A stretch of 64,000 bases of DNA from the human T2T-CHM13v2.0 reference genome, Homo sapiens. Shown here piece after piece: positions 42,520-56,215 of the stretch; within the stretch, counting starts at the first letter, position 1, and every line of letters begins with the position of its first letter. Location: assembly GCF_009914755.1 (NCBI RefSeq), contig NC_060925.1, one strand, 5' to 3'. The position numbers and the translations under genes are program-made. The notes under the pieces are model-generated. The model searched no databases and was not told the origin of the DNA. It saw only the letters and a list, made by a program, of their open reading frames with translations.

Positions 42520-42829
42520 CTAAAACATTATAAAAGGAATTAAATAGGAGTTTAATCAGTCCTTTGGAGTAACCTAAAATATTGCTATAAAAATTTATGT
42601 GCTGATAATGAGGGAAAATTATTTTTGAGAAATGTGCATGGTAGTTGTGAAACTTCCTCCTCCCTTTTCCAACTCCAGCCACAGATTCTGATCCCCAATA
42701 TCATCTCATATTTTCACATTTATTGGCTATAAATTACCCTAGGACATTTTTCACAAATATGTTCATTAAATCTTATTTTATGAGGGAAATAACCATTCTC
42801 CCATAACAACATGTATTCTATACTGGTTA

Positions 42830-43165
<336 letters not shown>

Positions 43166-43698
43166 GGAAACACTTAATTATCATTTTAACTTTGTATTAC
43201 AAGAGCTCTGGAGTAGCACACAGAATGAATAAAATGATTTTCCCTTAATTTACTAATTTATGCCTATAAATTTTATATTGTATTTTTTTTTTAAATCATG
43301 TCCATTAGATAAATGCCTTCTAGCTCAATGGGTTCTGTATCTTACAATCTTCTTTCAGGTAAAATTAATTATATAAAATAGGAATTAATAATATCCTTTA
43401 CAGGTAGAATTGCTAATTGTAGCACTATACACACAGAGCAACAATGCTGAAAATGAAGTCATTTAATGAAGAGAGGAACGATTTGGGCTACGGAAATATT
43501 TTCTATCATTCTTATTGAAACCTAGATTTTTAAGTAAGTTGCATAAACAACCTTATTATCTCTTAAGTTCAAGAAAAAAAAATTAAATTACTAAGAAATA
43601 GTCATTCATGTGTTCAATAAAATTAATTGAGCAATTACTCATTCAAAGTGCTGCGGAGTATTTTGAGGTTTTTGTTTTACCAGTAAAATCTAAAAGTG

Positions 43699-44011
43699 GG
43701 CCAGGCACAGTGGCTCATGCCTGTAATCCCAGCAGTTTGGGAGGCTGAGGCAGGTGGATCATCTGAGGTAAGGAGTTCGAGACCAGCCTGGCCAACATGG
43801 TGAAACCCTGTCTCTACTAAAAATAGAAAAATTAGCCAGGCATGGTTGTGGGTGCCTATTATCCCAGCTACTCGGGAGGCTGAGGCAGGAGAATTGCTTG
43901 AACCTAGGAGGTAGAGGTTGCAGCGAACCAAGATCACTCCGCTGCACTCCAGGCTTGGCAACAGAGGGAGACTCCATCTCAAAAACAAAACAAAACAAAA
44001 CAAACAAACAA
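43699..44011 (+). mobile_element. Alu (AluSx-like) with (CAAAA)n tail
   Basis: Full dimer; imperfect TSD ctaaaagtg / ctgaaagtg. Confidence 0.94.
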
Positions 44012-46251
44012 CTGAAAGTGGGACATTTGCAGTTATTTTGGTACAGATGAAGTAGAAAGGGTGTCTGGAGAAGAATGCCAAAATAATGATAATGATGATG
44101 ATGTATGGTGCTTGTGGAGGAGGTGGTGAGGCAGGAGGTTAATAGGGAGGGTTTGATGGAGGGGTTTTTATTTCAGTTGGTAGAAATGAATTTGATTTGA
44201 TAATTTCAGAAAAGAACATTTTGGGCTGTGTATGAAAACAAAGCTAGGAAGGATAGGCACAAATGCTTCCACATCTCGCTGCCAAAATGATCTCTTTAAA
44301 ATACAAAACTGGTCACATCAATTTTTACTTTAAAATATCCTAATCGTATCAAATTGCTAATAATCAATATAAGGCACCTCCCTTCACCACGTGATCTAGC
44401 CCTTCTTCACTTCTTCAGTCTTTTGTCTTGAACTCCTCCTAAAATTAACCTCTCCATCTTGTGGCCTTCACTGAATAATTATTATTGCAACAATATGCCG
44501 TCCTGCATTTTCTAGATCATAGGTTGTTTTCCTTCTGCTAAATGGCCTAACACAAGAATCCTGCCTAATTAACCTGTGAGTCTCCAGTGTCAAACATGTT
44601 TTGGACCTTCAGTAACCACAATGTTCAATAAACATTTACTAAATGCCTCAGTGTGAGTTTAGCAAGGTATATTAAAGTCCAGAAAATACCAAATACTGGG
44701 TACTTGTGAATATGAGACCTAACCCTGGAAAGAGATTCAAACTGTTATCTTGCATACTCAAAGAACTCTAGCATGCCAGGAATTTTTTTTTTTTTTTCAA
44801 GAGAAAGTCATGCCATTTTCACCATCCTGCCCAGGATGCTCTCTGTACTGAATGTGATTGGGCAATGGCAGAGGCTTAAGAGCTGTAAATGACCACTGAA
44901 CTTGCTATTGACAACGTCTTCATTACCTCCTCCCTAGAGAAAAACATAATTACACAGCTGCCATGCTTAGTTTAAAGAACACTGCACTCTATGTCTAAAA
45001 ATCACTTATAGACTCTGACTATAGACAGAATTTTATTTTTAAATTATTTTTAAAGTGAGAATTCAGTCTACAGGGAGGCTATTTTTCTCATGTTTTAGTT
45101 TTCAGCATATTCACGTTTAAAAAACAATTAGATGATTTAATTAGGTATTTCCTTATAACAAATGTCATTTTTTAGCAAGTGACGTATCAAGTTATTAAGA
45201 TTTCTAGTATTAAAATTATCAGATAAAGAAAAAAAGAAGAAAACATAGTTTTAGAAGATGTATAAAAGTGGAATTCATCTATGCCACCTAATTTATTGAG
45301 CTGTGTTGCTCCAGACTTAAGCGACAAATCTAAGGCTAAAAAAGAGAGAATTTTAGTCATAATTAGAGTACTAACTTGCTATATCACCTTTGGTTAACAA
45401 TTAACATCATTATATATAAAATATTTTCCATTTTCTTCTATCTCGTAAGAGATAAATGATCAATTATCTTGCATACTCAGAAAAATGAAATAAATAAGGC
45501 ATATTAAAAAGTCATCAGGGCTTAATCCTTCACAGAGTTTGAAAATATGGAGAATTCTTACCATTAAAAATTCTACAAATATTTATACAAAGTTTCTCTA
45601 AATCTATAATTTAGAAAACTAAATTGTAATCTATAATAAAACATAATTTACTACTTGATTGGTATATTAGATAGAATAAAAGCTATAGCTGAAAAATACC
45701 TTTAAATTTTTTTAGGGAATTTTCTTTATTTTACAGACTTCAAATGAGGCTCAGAAAAAGTAACTAGAAAAACTAGAATAATAACCCAGAACTTTTGGTT
45801 CCCAATTTAAAATTTTACTTATTTTCCTCTATACATACTTGCATCTTCTGAGACCATACACCCTAAAAACAATGAGCAATTGTTAATAAGCTTTCCTATG
45901 TACAAAAAATGTATCTTATTTTTTTTTCCTGTATGGCTTTGTCCTCATATATATCTAGTCATTTATAATTTTATTTGCCTCTGTCACTTTACAACTCTCC
46001 TAGCAAGTTTCAGCAGTTAACAACATCCCCACCCCAGTCAGGCAATTTTCTTTTAAACACTGCCTAGCCCCTCTAAAAATCCTTGATGGATACTAATTCC
46101 AGAGAAAAACATTTGCATTTTTACTTACATTTCTTAACAAGAAAAATTCTAAACAGAGACATTATTTTTCGTATAGGCAACCTACAAATTACATGTTAAA
46201 CCCTACCTGACTCACCACTGTGCTCCTTTGTCAATTCAGTGAGACACTATA

Positions 46252-46884
46252 CAGTCTTCTCTTGGTATCTAGGGGTGATTGGTTCCAGGACCCCAACCCA
46301 ACTTACTATATCAAAATCTGTGGATGCTCCAGTTCTTGATATAAAAGGCTATAGTATTTATTTATAGCCTACCCACATCCTTCTCCTTTATACTTTAAAT
46401 CACCTCTAGAATACTGATAATACCTAAGAAAATCTAAATGCTATATAAATAGTTGTTATTTTTTTATTTGTATTATTGTATATTGTTGTACTATAACTTT
46501 TTTTGACAGGGTCTCAGTCTGTCACCCTGGCTGGAGTACAGTAGCTTAGTCATGGCTTATTGCAGCCTTGACCTCCTGAGCTCAAGCAACTCTCCCTCCT
46601 TAGCCTCCCAAGTAGCTGGGACCACAGGTGCGCATCACAGTACCTGGCTAATTTTAAAAGTATTTTGTAGAGATGACGTCTCACTACTTTGCCCAGGCTG
46701 GTCTTGAACTACTGGGCTCAAACAATTCTACTGCCTTAGCCACCCAAAGTGTTGGGATTATAGGCATGTGCCACTGTGCCCAGTCATATTATAATTTTTT
46801 AATTTAATTTTTTGTTTTTCTAGTATCTTTGATCTATGGTTTATTGAATCCATGGATGCAGAACCCATAGGGAGAGCCAACTGG
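46252..46884 (+). mobile_element. MER2-like TcMar-Tigger element interrupted by an Alu
   Basis: TA|cagtcttctcttggtatctaggggtgattggttccaggacccc...ttgaatccatggatgcagaaccc...ccaactg. Confidence 0.85.
46498..46785 (-). mobile_element. AluJ nested in MER2
   Basis: gacagggtctc...gcagccttgacctcctgagctcaagc...ccactgtgcccagtc. Confidence 0.92.
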
Positions 46885-47163
46885 TACTCTGAAGTTCATC
46901 TAGGTGATCAGGATGAACTGAGATTACTGTTAAGTAGGTGAGCTAATGCGAAATGCATGGCCTTTTTCATGTAATAAATCTGACAACATAGTTGTTTACT
47001 TTTAGTATATAACAGTAGCTTTTTCCAGATAAAGTATAATGGATATAATAAATCCATCCCTTTTTGTTATCCATTCCCTATTGGTATCAAATCCACACAT
47101 AAGCCTTTTGATAATATTGTAACCATGAAAATAAATGACTGTCCTTGAAAAAATATTAGCATG

Positions 47164-47569
47164 TGATATAATTTGGATATTTACCCACCCAAATCTCATG
47201 TTGAAACGTAATCCCCAATGTTGAAAGTGGGACCTGGTGGGGGGTGATAGGATCACGGGGGTGGATTTCTCATGAATGGTTTAGCACCATCTCCTTGATG
47301 CTGTCCTCCTGATAGTGAGTGCCTTCTCAGGAGATTTGATTGTTTAAAAGCATGTGGCACCTTCTTCACCCCCTCCTGCTCCTGCTCCCAGCACATAGGA
47401 TGCCCGTGCCCTCTTTGCCTTCCACTGGAAGCTCCCTGAGGCCTTCCAAGAAGCAGATGCCACTATGCTTCCTGTACAGCCTGCACAACCATAAGCCAAT
47501 TAAACCTCTTTTTTATAAATTACCCAGTCTCAGGTATTTCTTATAGCAGTGCAAGGACAGTCTAATAGA
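47164..47569 (+). mobile_element. Solo ERVL-MaLR LTR (MSTA-like)
   Basis: tgatataatttggatattt...aaatctcatgttgaaa...ttagcaccatc...caattaaacctctt...; TSD gcatg / gtatg. Confidence 0.9.
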
Positions 47570-47715
47570 GTATGTTCTTATGAGTATGATATTAACAATA
47601 GTTAATATCCATGTATATCTTACCAAACCTACCAATATTTATGCTATGCAACTATGTGTTGTTTTAACTTTGTATGAAATTTTGTAGTAAGAATTAATTC
47701 AATACTGATTCTGAG

Positions 47716-48098
47716 TGTATTAGTCCGCTTTTACATTGCTATAAAGATACTACCTGAGACTGCGTAATTTATAAGGGAAAGAGGTTTAATTGACTCACAG
47801 TTCTGCATGGCTGGGGAATCCTCAAGAAACTTACAATCATGGTAGAAGGCAAAGGAGAAACAAGTACCTTCTTTACAAGGTGGAGGAGAAAAAGAAAGAG
47901 AGAAAGGGGAAGTACCAGGCACTTATCAAACAACCAGATCTTGTTAAGAACACACTCACTATCAGGAGAACATCATGAGGGAAACCGCCCCCATGATCTC
48001 ATCACCTCCCACCATGTGCCTCCCTGGACAGGTGGGAATTACAATTTGGATTAGAATTCAAGATGAGATTTGGGTGGGCATACAGCTAAACTCTATCA
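47716..48098 (-). mobile_element. Solo ERVL-MaLR LTR (THE1D-like), sense to COL11A1
   Basis: tgtattagtcc...gaggtttaattgactcacag...gatgagatttgggtggg...tatca; perfect TSD CTGAG (47711-47715 and 48099-48103). Confidence 0.93.
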
Positions 48099-48809
48099 CT
48101 GAGTAATGTCATTCCCTTTGCATTTCATCATAATCTTTGAAGGATTTGGGGCTTTGCAGGCCTGCTAAATGTATCCTTGAAAAAAATCTGAATGTCATGT
48201 TCTTCAGCAAAAGCCAATTACCTATAAATGCCCTATAAAAGATGCCATATGCATTCATAGTTTTAGGTACATTTTTTCATTCACTTCTGTCTGGTTGTAA
48301 TTTTTATCTCTCTCATTAACACTATTGATTTGTGTGTAATACTATATAGAAAGACTTCCTCTTTCCCCAATTAATTTAGTGTACTTCTAACTTTCCTGTT
48401 TTGTGCTGAATTTGTTTAAACATTTTGGGGATTTCAGTAGGGAAAAAAGGAATAAATATTCATATGTTATGCATCTAACTAGATAACATCTAAATCCTGC
48501 AGCAAATCCATTCGTAAGGCCAACCCTATGATTAACAAAACTTAAGCACATGTAAAAAAAAAAAAAGAAAAAGGATGCAGAATTAATTCTCTTAGGTAAC
48601 ATAATTTAGTTTCTGTTCTGGTATTTAACCCTTATCACAAGATATAAGACATTGTTTTTAAGTTGTGAGGATAAAGAATACAAAATTATACTAGCATTGC
48701 GTAGTATGTAGTAATCACTCATATATTCAAGAAATAAAATGTCTGTTGAATAAATTTAAATGTTAACATAATACACAGAAATTAATACCATCTAAACAAT
48801 TAAATTTTA

Positions 48810-49010
<201 letters not shown>

Positions 49011-50026
49011 TTATACGTGTAATAAATTGAAAGTGCTACTCATTTACATACTATAATTTTACCAACTAATCTACAAGGATATGGTTTTTTTCTACTGCTA
49101 ATATTTGATAAAGACTTTTTGGTAGTTTACTCTTTATTTCTAGAAACAGATATGATGAGAAAAACATGTAACTAGCACTACTCACTCCAAATTTATTATG
49201 TCATATATTCATACTAAAAATACAATATTGAAATGGACTAATAAGGCAAATCTTACAAGCATGTAAAATAATGTAAACAATTCAAAAATTAATAACTAGA
49301 TTTTTAACCTAAAATATGCTATACTAATGTCTATAAAAGACAGTTATTGAAAAACTAACAAGATTGATAATTTCAAATAGAAAATTATAAATTAGTAGCA
49401 TTCACTTCATCAAGAATATAATCAAAATTATATATCTTCCAAAAGCTGGTTTTTTCTCTAGTCTATCTAGATAAAATGTTCTATCAATCATAATTTATAA
49501 TTTCCTCAGTAATGCTGAAATTTTAATGCTGTTTTAAAATAATTAAAAACAACTGTAAACAAAATGATCCTACCCCTGCTACTGTAATCTAAAGTACTAA
49601 CATTGAATATGCACATATTACATTTCACTTTGATATTTTAATAGCCATTGGTCTTAATTTAACATTTAATTAGATAATGGTTACCAGAAAGTAATAAGTA
49701 ATAATAAAATTGGGGTTACATAAGCAGTTCAGTAATATTGAGTAATTCTTGCCCAATTTCATTGTTTATATTATTACCATTTACTCCATATATAATACAC
49801 ATGAAAAATATGCACGTATTCCTAGCCATGGGAATATTTTTTAAAAAGAGAGAACATAGTCTAGTTTCTAAAATTACTGATATAAAATTAAAAGTAGTCT
49901 AAGATATCTTTTTTATACCCAAAATAACTATATGAACGTGATTTATATATATGAGATGACCAAATTAAGGCATTTTCTCTTGGAAATTTATTAATAGGAC
50001 ATTTAAATGGATACTTTGGAACCTAC

Positions 50027-50071
50027 CAGAGCCCCCTTTTCTCCAGACTGGCCTTCTTTCCCAGGATGACC
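50027..50071 (-). CDS. COL11A1: COL11A1 exon ~26, 45 nt, GHPGKEGQSGEKGAL
   Basis: aaatatAG|GGT...CTG|GTaggt. Confidence 0.96.
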
Positions 50072-50769
50072 CTATATTTAGCAAAAACATACACTGATAA
50101 GATGTAATATAAACATAGTTGATAATACTACGAAAGTATTTCTTTTGTTATTAAATCTACTAAGATCTTACTCTTTAAGTTTCAAAAACATTGAACACTT
50201 TTGCATCAGTGTGTATGGCTTTAAATAAATTGGAAACTATGGCATTTGGAAGTAAACATGACAAGCTTATATTTGATGGATGTAAGTTTCTTCAAATACA
50301 TAATGCATTTGAGAGAGCTTAGAAAAAGCACATAAAATAATACATATCATTCATTAACAATTCAACCCCAGCCTCAATTAAAGCCTTACATAAAGGTATT
50401 TAAATCTGCCTTATATTTAGCAAATTAATCAAATGATCATACATGCACCTTCAAAGGGGCACTAAGACATGTGGATGAGACATCTGAAAATACAGCGAGA
50501 TCATAAATGCTAACAGTGTTAATAATCAACTTATTGAGATTCAGTAAATAAAAATGTATAGCCATATCACAATTATACCCAATAACAAGGAAAGGTAGGA
50601 TGAGAAATCTTATATCCTAGTACTACAAAATCTGCATATGTAGTTTAAAGAGGAAAAAAATCTGTAAATAACAAATGTTTTAATATAATAACTGTAGAGA
50701 TTACATAATTTCATTGTTTATTACTATTTAAAGGGAAATAATAAATATTACTATATTTCTAGAAAAGAA

Positions 50770-51140
50770 AGAAATCTGTGAAGGCTGAGATATTTTCATG
50801 AAAGATGTCTGAGAAAATTTATGAATGGTGAGGAACTTCACCTGGACTCATAGAAACAGATACTTTGAAAAGGAGGAGAAGATGGAAGGGCTTTCTAGGA
50901 GAGGAAACAGCTTGGGAAAGGTAAGGTGATAGAAAATTTAGATCATGCAAGAATATGTGAGTGGACCTGCTTACCTGGAGCTAATGGTTAAGGAGGAAAT
51001 GAAAAAAAATATGAGATTCTGGGGAGGTTCTGGCTTGGAGTGCCAAATGAGTTTCCACAAAAGCCACCGTGAGCTCATTAAAGATTTTGCAATATGGAAG
51101 TGATATGATGAAAGGTATTTTAGAGAGATCAATGTTTAAT
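50770..51140 (-). mobile_element. L2 LINE fragment (degenerate)
   Basis: ggagaggaaacagc...gagctcattaaagattttg...gtgatatgatg...ttttagagagatca resembles reverse L2. Confidence 0.55.
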
Positions 51141-51211
51141 TACTGGCTCAATTTATTTTTATTACTAACCTCATATAATCATTTCTAAAACACATGTAAA
51201 ATCTATTTTTA

Positions 51212-51331
<120 letters not shown>

Positions 51332-53342
51332 TTAAAAAGATAAAAATAATTTTAAAAAGCTTTAACTTGTACATATACTATGAATGAAATTCTTATCCTG
51401 AGTCACTGGCTTCAATTCATAAGTAATAACCATTTAAATAACTTTTAAATAAATTATTTGGAGGAAATGCCATGTAAAGATAAATTAAAACTAAATTTAA
51501 CATGTCAAAGGTATGCTAGGTTTTAGCCTGCTTATAATCTTAGATAGGTCTTTTTTTAAATTAGCAAATTAGTTTTTGAATACCACAATAAACTGAAGCT
51601 TAGAGAACAAAAAGGAAAGCAATATAGGCCAGAAATATATTGATTCATATCATTAAAGAGGTAAAGATTGTATTATTTCCCTCAATAATATTAGTAAGTA
51701 CTAATTCAAAAAATTACATAGTAACATTGATGAAACACCATTATTAAAATATTTTGTGCAATGTTATGGTATGATAGTTATTCATAGGAAATGAAGGAAA
51801 GTAAATCGATTTTAATGTAAAAAGAACATATCCTAATAGGTACCCAATAAGATAATAATAAAGTAATAATTCAACAGATTAATCCCTGTTTAACCACACA
51901 GAGTTTCAAATCACATTGAACATGACCATTTCTAAATTTGGAACATGGTAAGAATCACTACTACAAGAATCAGACCTTTTCTTGGGAGAAAAGTAGACAT
52001 TCTTCTAAGAATATTAAATTTATCAAGTTCCCAGAGCCCAGGTCATCGTTATTGACACATCAAGTTATTGTCCAGGATTCAGAATCAATGAGAAGGTCAA
52101 GGACATATCAGCAAGCCTAAATGCTGGACATATTTTTGGGCTTTTTCCATTCTCAGGGAGTAAAGTACAATCATTGTATTCATATTGCCTGCCATTGCAG
52201 TTTTACAAGAAAATTTCAACCAAATCAGCATAGAACAAAAATGAATTAAAAGTAACCTTTAAATTGAAAAGTGAAGATTTTTTAACCAAATGTGGCAGCG
52301 TTGCAATCTGGATGAACTTAGGTTCCTATCCACGTCTTCAAAGTTCCTCCCTTTAACTAATATTTATTTTGTGTCTTGTTATTTTATACTGGACTCAGAG
52401 AGTTATGTAACATCAATTGCTACTAAGCAATTAATATATGAGTGAACTCAGAAATTAAATCACAGGAAATATTTAGGAGATATCACAATTTATCATAGGA
52501 TGTATTTGGTATATTTATCAAAAATGTCAGAAAAATATAATATATTATCTATTTTAGTTAATTAACTTAAATTTTATGAAATATTTTTACCAAAAATAAA
52601 AGCACAGGCTATGATAAGTTAGTACAAAAAATTGCTCTTGGATTGTAAAACCATATGACATTAGTTAAATTGTATTAAAATGTTAAATTATACCATGATA
52701 CAATTAAACATTACTATTTACCAAATTTTCGAAGCGAAGGCTCTTGAGCCAGAATAAATAAATCATAGTTATCATTAAAAACAAAAGTAATAGCTTCTAC
52801 TTTTTTAATATAGATGTAATACAACATTTATATTGTAAATACATTATCATTAAAAAGTGTTTTCCTCATATTTTTGAGTACCTTTCTCCTTTTGATGGTA
52901 AGAGATTGATTTTGAACCTACAGGCTGGATATATTCAGATCAGAGGCAGAAGCAGTATTACATAAAACAGCTCTCTTCTTACCACCGGAAATGCAGTAAA
53001 CTAGATTATACATTTTATCTGGCTTGGCACAGGTAATTCAGATATAACAACTTTTCCTAAGAGCAAATTCCTCTTAATAATCTAGTACATACATGATAAA
53101 ATCATGGTAGAAAATTTAATAGGTGCATGTGTCAAGTGCAATACAAAATAAATATAGTATATTTTTAATGCACTAATCTAAAATATGAGTGACCCAGATT
53201 AAACTCCCTGATCTAAATATTAAAAATAACCTTTAGAACCTAACATAACTAATAGGACATTTTCCAATAGTGCTGTGCAGCTATGTCTAAAACATCCACA
53301 GAAAAAAGTACTTTCAAAACCACTTAAATCTGATATGTCTGC

Positions 53343-54240
53343 TCTTACAACTCAATATTAAGATAAATAATCCAATTAGAATATTAACCAAAAGAGTTTA
53401 ACAGCTATTTTATCAAAGAAGTTATAGAAATGGCCAATAAGCATGTGAAAAGATGTTCAACAAAAGTAGTGATTAGGAAAATGCAAATTACAACCACAAT
53501 GAGATAACATTTCACACCAACGAGAATGATCGTAATCAAGAAGACAGACAATAACAAGCATTAGTGAGAATGTGCAGAAATGACTATCCTCATACATGGT
53601 TACTTGGAAGGGAAAATGGTACAATCGATATGGAAAAGAGTGGAATTCACAAAATATTGAATATAAGTTTACCATAACACAAGAATTCTGCTTCTAAGTA
53701 TATACCAAAAAGAATGAAAACACATCTATACAAAGACTTGTATGCAATTATTCACTACAGCACCGGTATGGAGAATAGCGAAAAAGTATAAACTACACCT
53801 ATTCTATCAACTGCCAAGTAAAAGTAAACAGAACCTGGTATACCCAATCAATGGAATACTATGAGAACAAAATAAGGAGCAAAGTACTAATATATGTATG
53901 CTACAGCATGGATGAACCTAAAATGAAAGAAGTCAGACATAAAGGTCACATACACATTCATATGATTAAATCATAAATTTATTCATAAGTTTCATTCACA
54001 TGAAATATTCAGAAAACTCAAATCTACAGAGACAGAAAGCAAATTAATTGTTAGCTAGGTCTGAGGGGGTGGAAACATGGACTGAATATTAACACGAGGA
54101 TTATTTCTGGAGTGGTATAAGTATTCCGAAACTTAGATTGCAGCACATCTGTAAATTTAGTAAAAATAATTCACTTGTACACTTAAAACAAGGGAATATT
54201 TATAGTATTTAAATTACACTTCGATAAAGCTATTAGTTTT
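53343..54240 (+). mobile_element. Old L1M (L1ME/L1MD-like) 3' fragment
   Basis: aaatggccaataagcatgtgaaaagatgttcaac...aaatgcaaattacaaccacaatgagata...atggaatactat...catggatgaacc. Confidence 0.88.
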
Positions 54241-54871
54241 TTTTAATTAATATGTTTGTAGAAATCAACAAAAATAATGAAAGAAAAAAGGTGTTGGAAA
54301 GAGCCAGCTAGAAATGTGCTATGACTACAGGGGACAAAATATTACTCAAGGAATCTCACAGTGGAGATCAGGGAAAAAGACATGTGTTTAATTATAGATT
54401 TATTCTTGTTTTGATCCAGACATTGAGTTATTAACAAGAACATCATTTGCTATTCATATATGAGATATAATGGCAATGACAACTTCACAACTTTCCTTTC
54501 ATCATGTCTTCCTACAAATCTTTTGTCACAAGCAAACTTAATTACTTTTTTGTAAAATAATGAGAAAGAAAAGGAGACCTAAAATAAAGAGAAAATATTC
54601 ACTCATACCGTTACGTTCCTGAAATTAACATAGCTGAGAATGCCACATTTGGAAGCTGTTTAAATGGTAACTGAAGTTTTATCATTCTCAGTTTAAGAAC
54701 ACATGAATGAAATCTCCCCACACTATATTTCCATGTCGACTCCAGATTAATTCCTTATGTGCTGAGCTATCTAGATATCTTAACAAAAACAGAAGGCAGA
54801 CCTTATACCTGCCTAAGATTGCTAAAACAAACATGTTCACCAGGCTTTACGAGAACAACAGAGTAACTTAC

Positions 54872-54916
54872 TTTTTCACCAGGAGGACCAATTGGACCTT
54901 GTGGACCAGGAAGACC
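54872..54916 (-). CDS. COL11A1: COL11A1 exon ~24, 45 nt, [15 protein letters not shown]
   Basis: taaaatAG|GGT...AAA|GTaagt. Confidence 0.96.
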
Positions 54917-55374
54917 CTATTTTAAAAGAATTTATTTCATATATCAGATATCAAATCACAGTAATATGCTTTTAAAACAGCAAATTGTTAGCTCACTATA
55001 GTACATAGTGAGTTATAAGAATCTGTATATATTCCCATACACCCCAAGGAATTTTAGAACACGATGAGGAGTTTTACACAAGCTGCTCTTTTTTGCAAAG
55101 GGACTATAATGCGATCCTATTCAGAACCCTCCTGCAGGTGGCTATTAGTCCTGGCATTCCCTAAACATTGAATGAGTCATTTTTCCCTGGGAAGAGAGGG
55201 GCTTCTGCAAGTTTGCTCAAATTTTTTTAAAAAAAGAAAAGTATGTATTTTCCTACATTCACATTTTAAATATTGCTAGGACTACATAGAAAATTGTGAG
55301 ACTGTCGATTTTCTTATAGAAAGATAGCATCTTCCCCCCATTATTTCAAAGGAGCTGCAGTGGCTTAGACTTAC

Positions 55375-55428
55375 CTGAGGTCCTGGATTCCCTTGTTGAC
55401 CTGGAGGCCCAGGCTCCCCTTGGGGACC
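55375..55428 (-). CDS. COL11A1: COL11A1 exon ~23, 54 nt, GPQGEPGPPGQQGNPGPQ
   Basis: tctggcAG|GGT...CAG|GTaagt. Confidence 0.96.
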
Positions 55429-55693
55429 CTGCCAGAGGAAAATATAAAAAGTTTTTAATGGGCTATATTACACAATAGATTTTTGTTCTTCTCAATTGGA
55501 AAATACCTCTACCCACCCTCAAACAGTTTTCCCTCATGAGATTCTGGAAAATATTTCAAAATATTAATGCAAGCTGTATCTAATATACTTAGCAAAATGT
55601 AATAAATCATTATATTTTAGATTTAACAACAAAAAATGGTTTCTTAGGGCTTATATTCAAATATGAGTTATTTTATCACTATTTGCTACATAC

Positions 55694-55738
55694 CATGTTC
55701 CCTTTTGGTCCTGGGGGGCCATCTACACCTGCCATACC
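55694..55738 (-). CDS. COL11A1: COL11A1 exon ~22, 45 nt, GMAGVDGPPGPKGNM
   Basis: cattgcAG|GGT...ATG|GTatgt. Confidence 0.96.
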
Positions 55739-56161
55739 CTGCAATGAAGAAAAAGTATTTATGGTTGTTTATATGTTTTGATGCTAAAACAGAAAATCAA
55801 AAAGACTAATCTAATATCATGATATTCACTACCCTAAGCAACTAAAAATCATTTTAGGATTTAATGGAAACGAAGAAGAGACAAGACCTATACTTTCTTT
55901 TCCATGTCCACATTGGAGACAATCTAGCAACATTTTCCTCTGCATGCTGGGGATGTATCATGAAAACACTAAGATAGATAATCAAAAGGAAGATAGAAGG
56001 AAAGGAGGGAATGATGAGTTAAAGTGAAAGGCAGCAACAATAGATCTTCAAACATAACAAGGCAATAAACTCTTGGCTCTCTACTGAGGGCTTTTATGGC
56101 CTCTAAAAGGTTGGCAACAAGCTTTCCCTAGAAAATCTTCAATGTTTCCAGCAATACTTAC

Positions 56162-56215
56162 AGGCTGCCCTGGAGCTCCTGGAGTTCCCCTTGGACCCAG
56201 CAAACCTCGTGGGCC
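56162..56215 (-). CDS. COL11A1: COL11A1 exon ~21, 54 nt, GPRGLLGPRGTPGAPGQP
   Basis: tctcctAG|GGC...CCT|GTaagt. Confidence 0.96.

Noticed and set aside
45019-45073. Imperfect AT-rich inverted repeat (also a 9-bp stem at about 61725-61765)
   Set aside because: The stems are short or heavily mismatched in AT-rich DNA and are compatible with chance.
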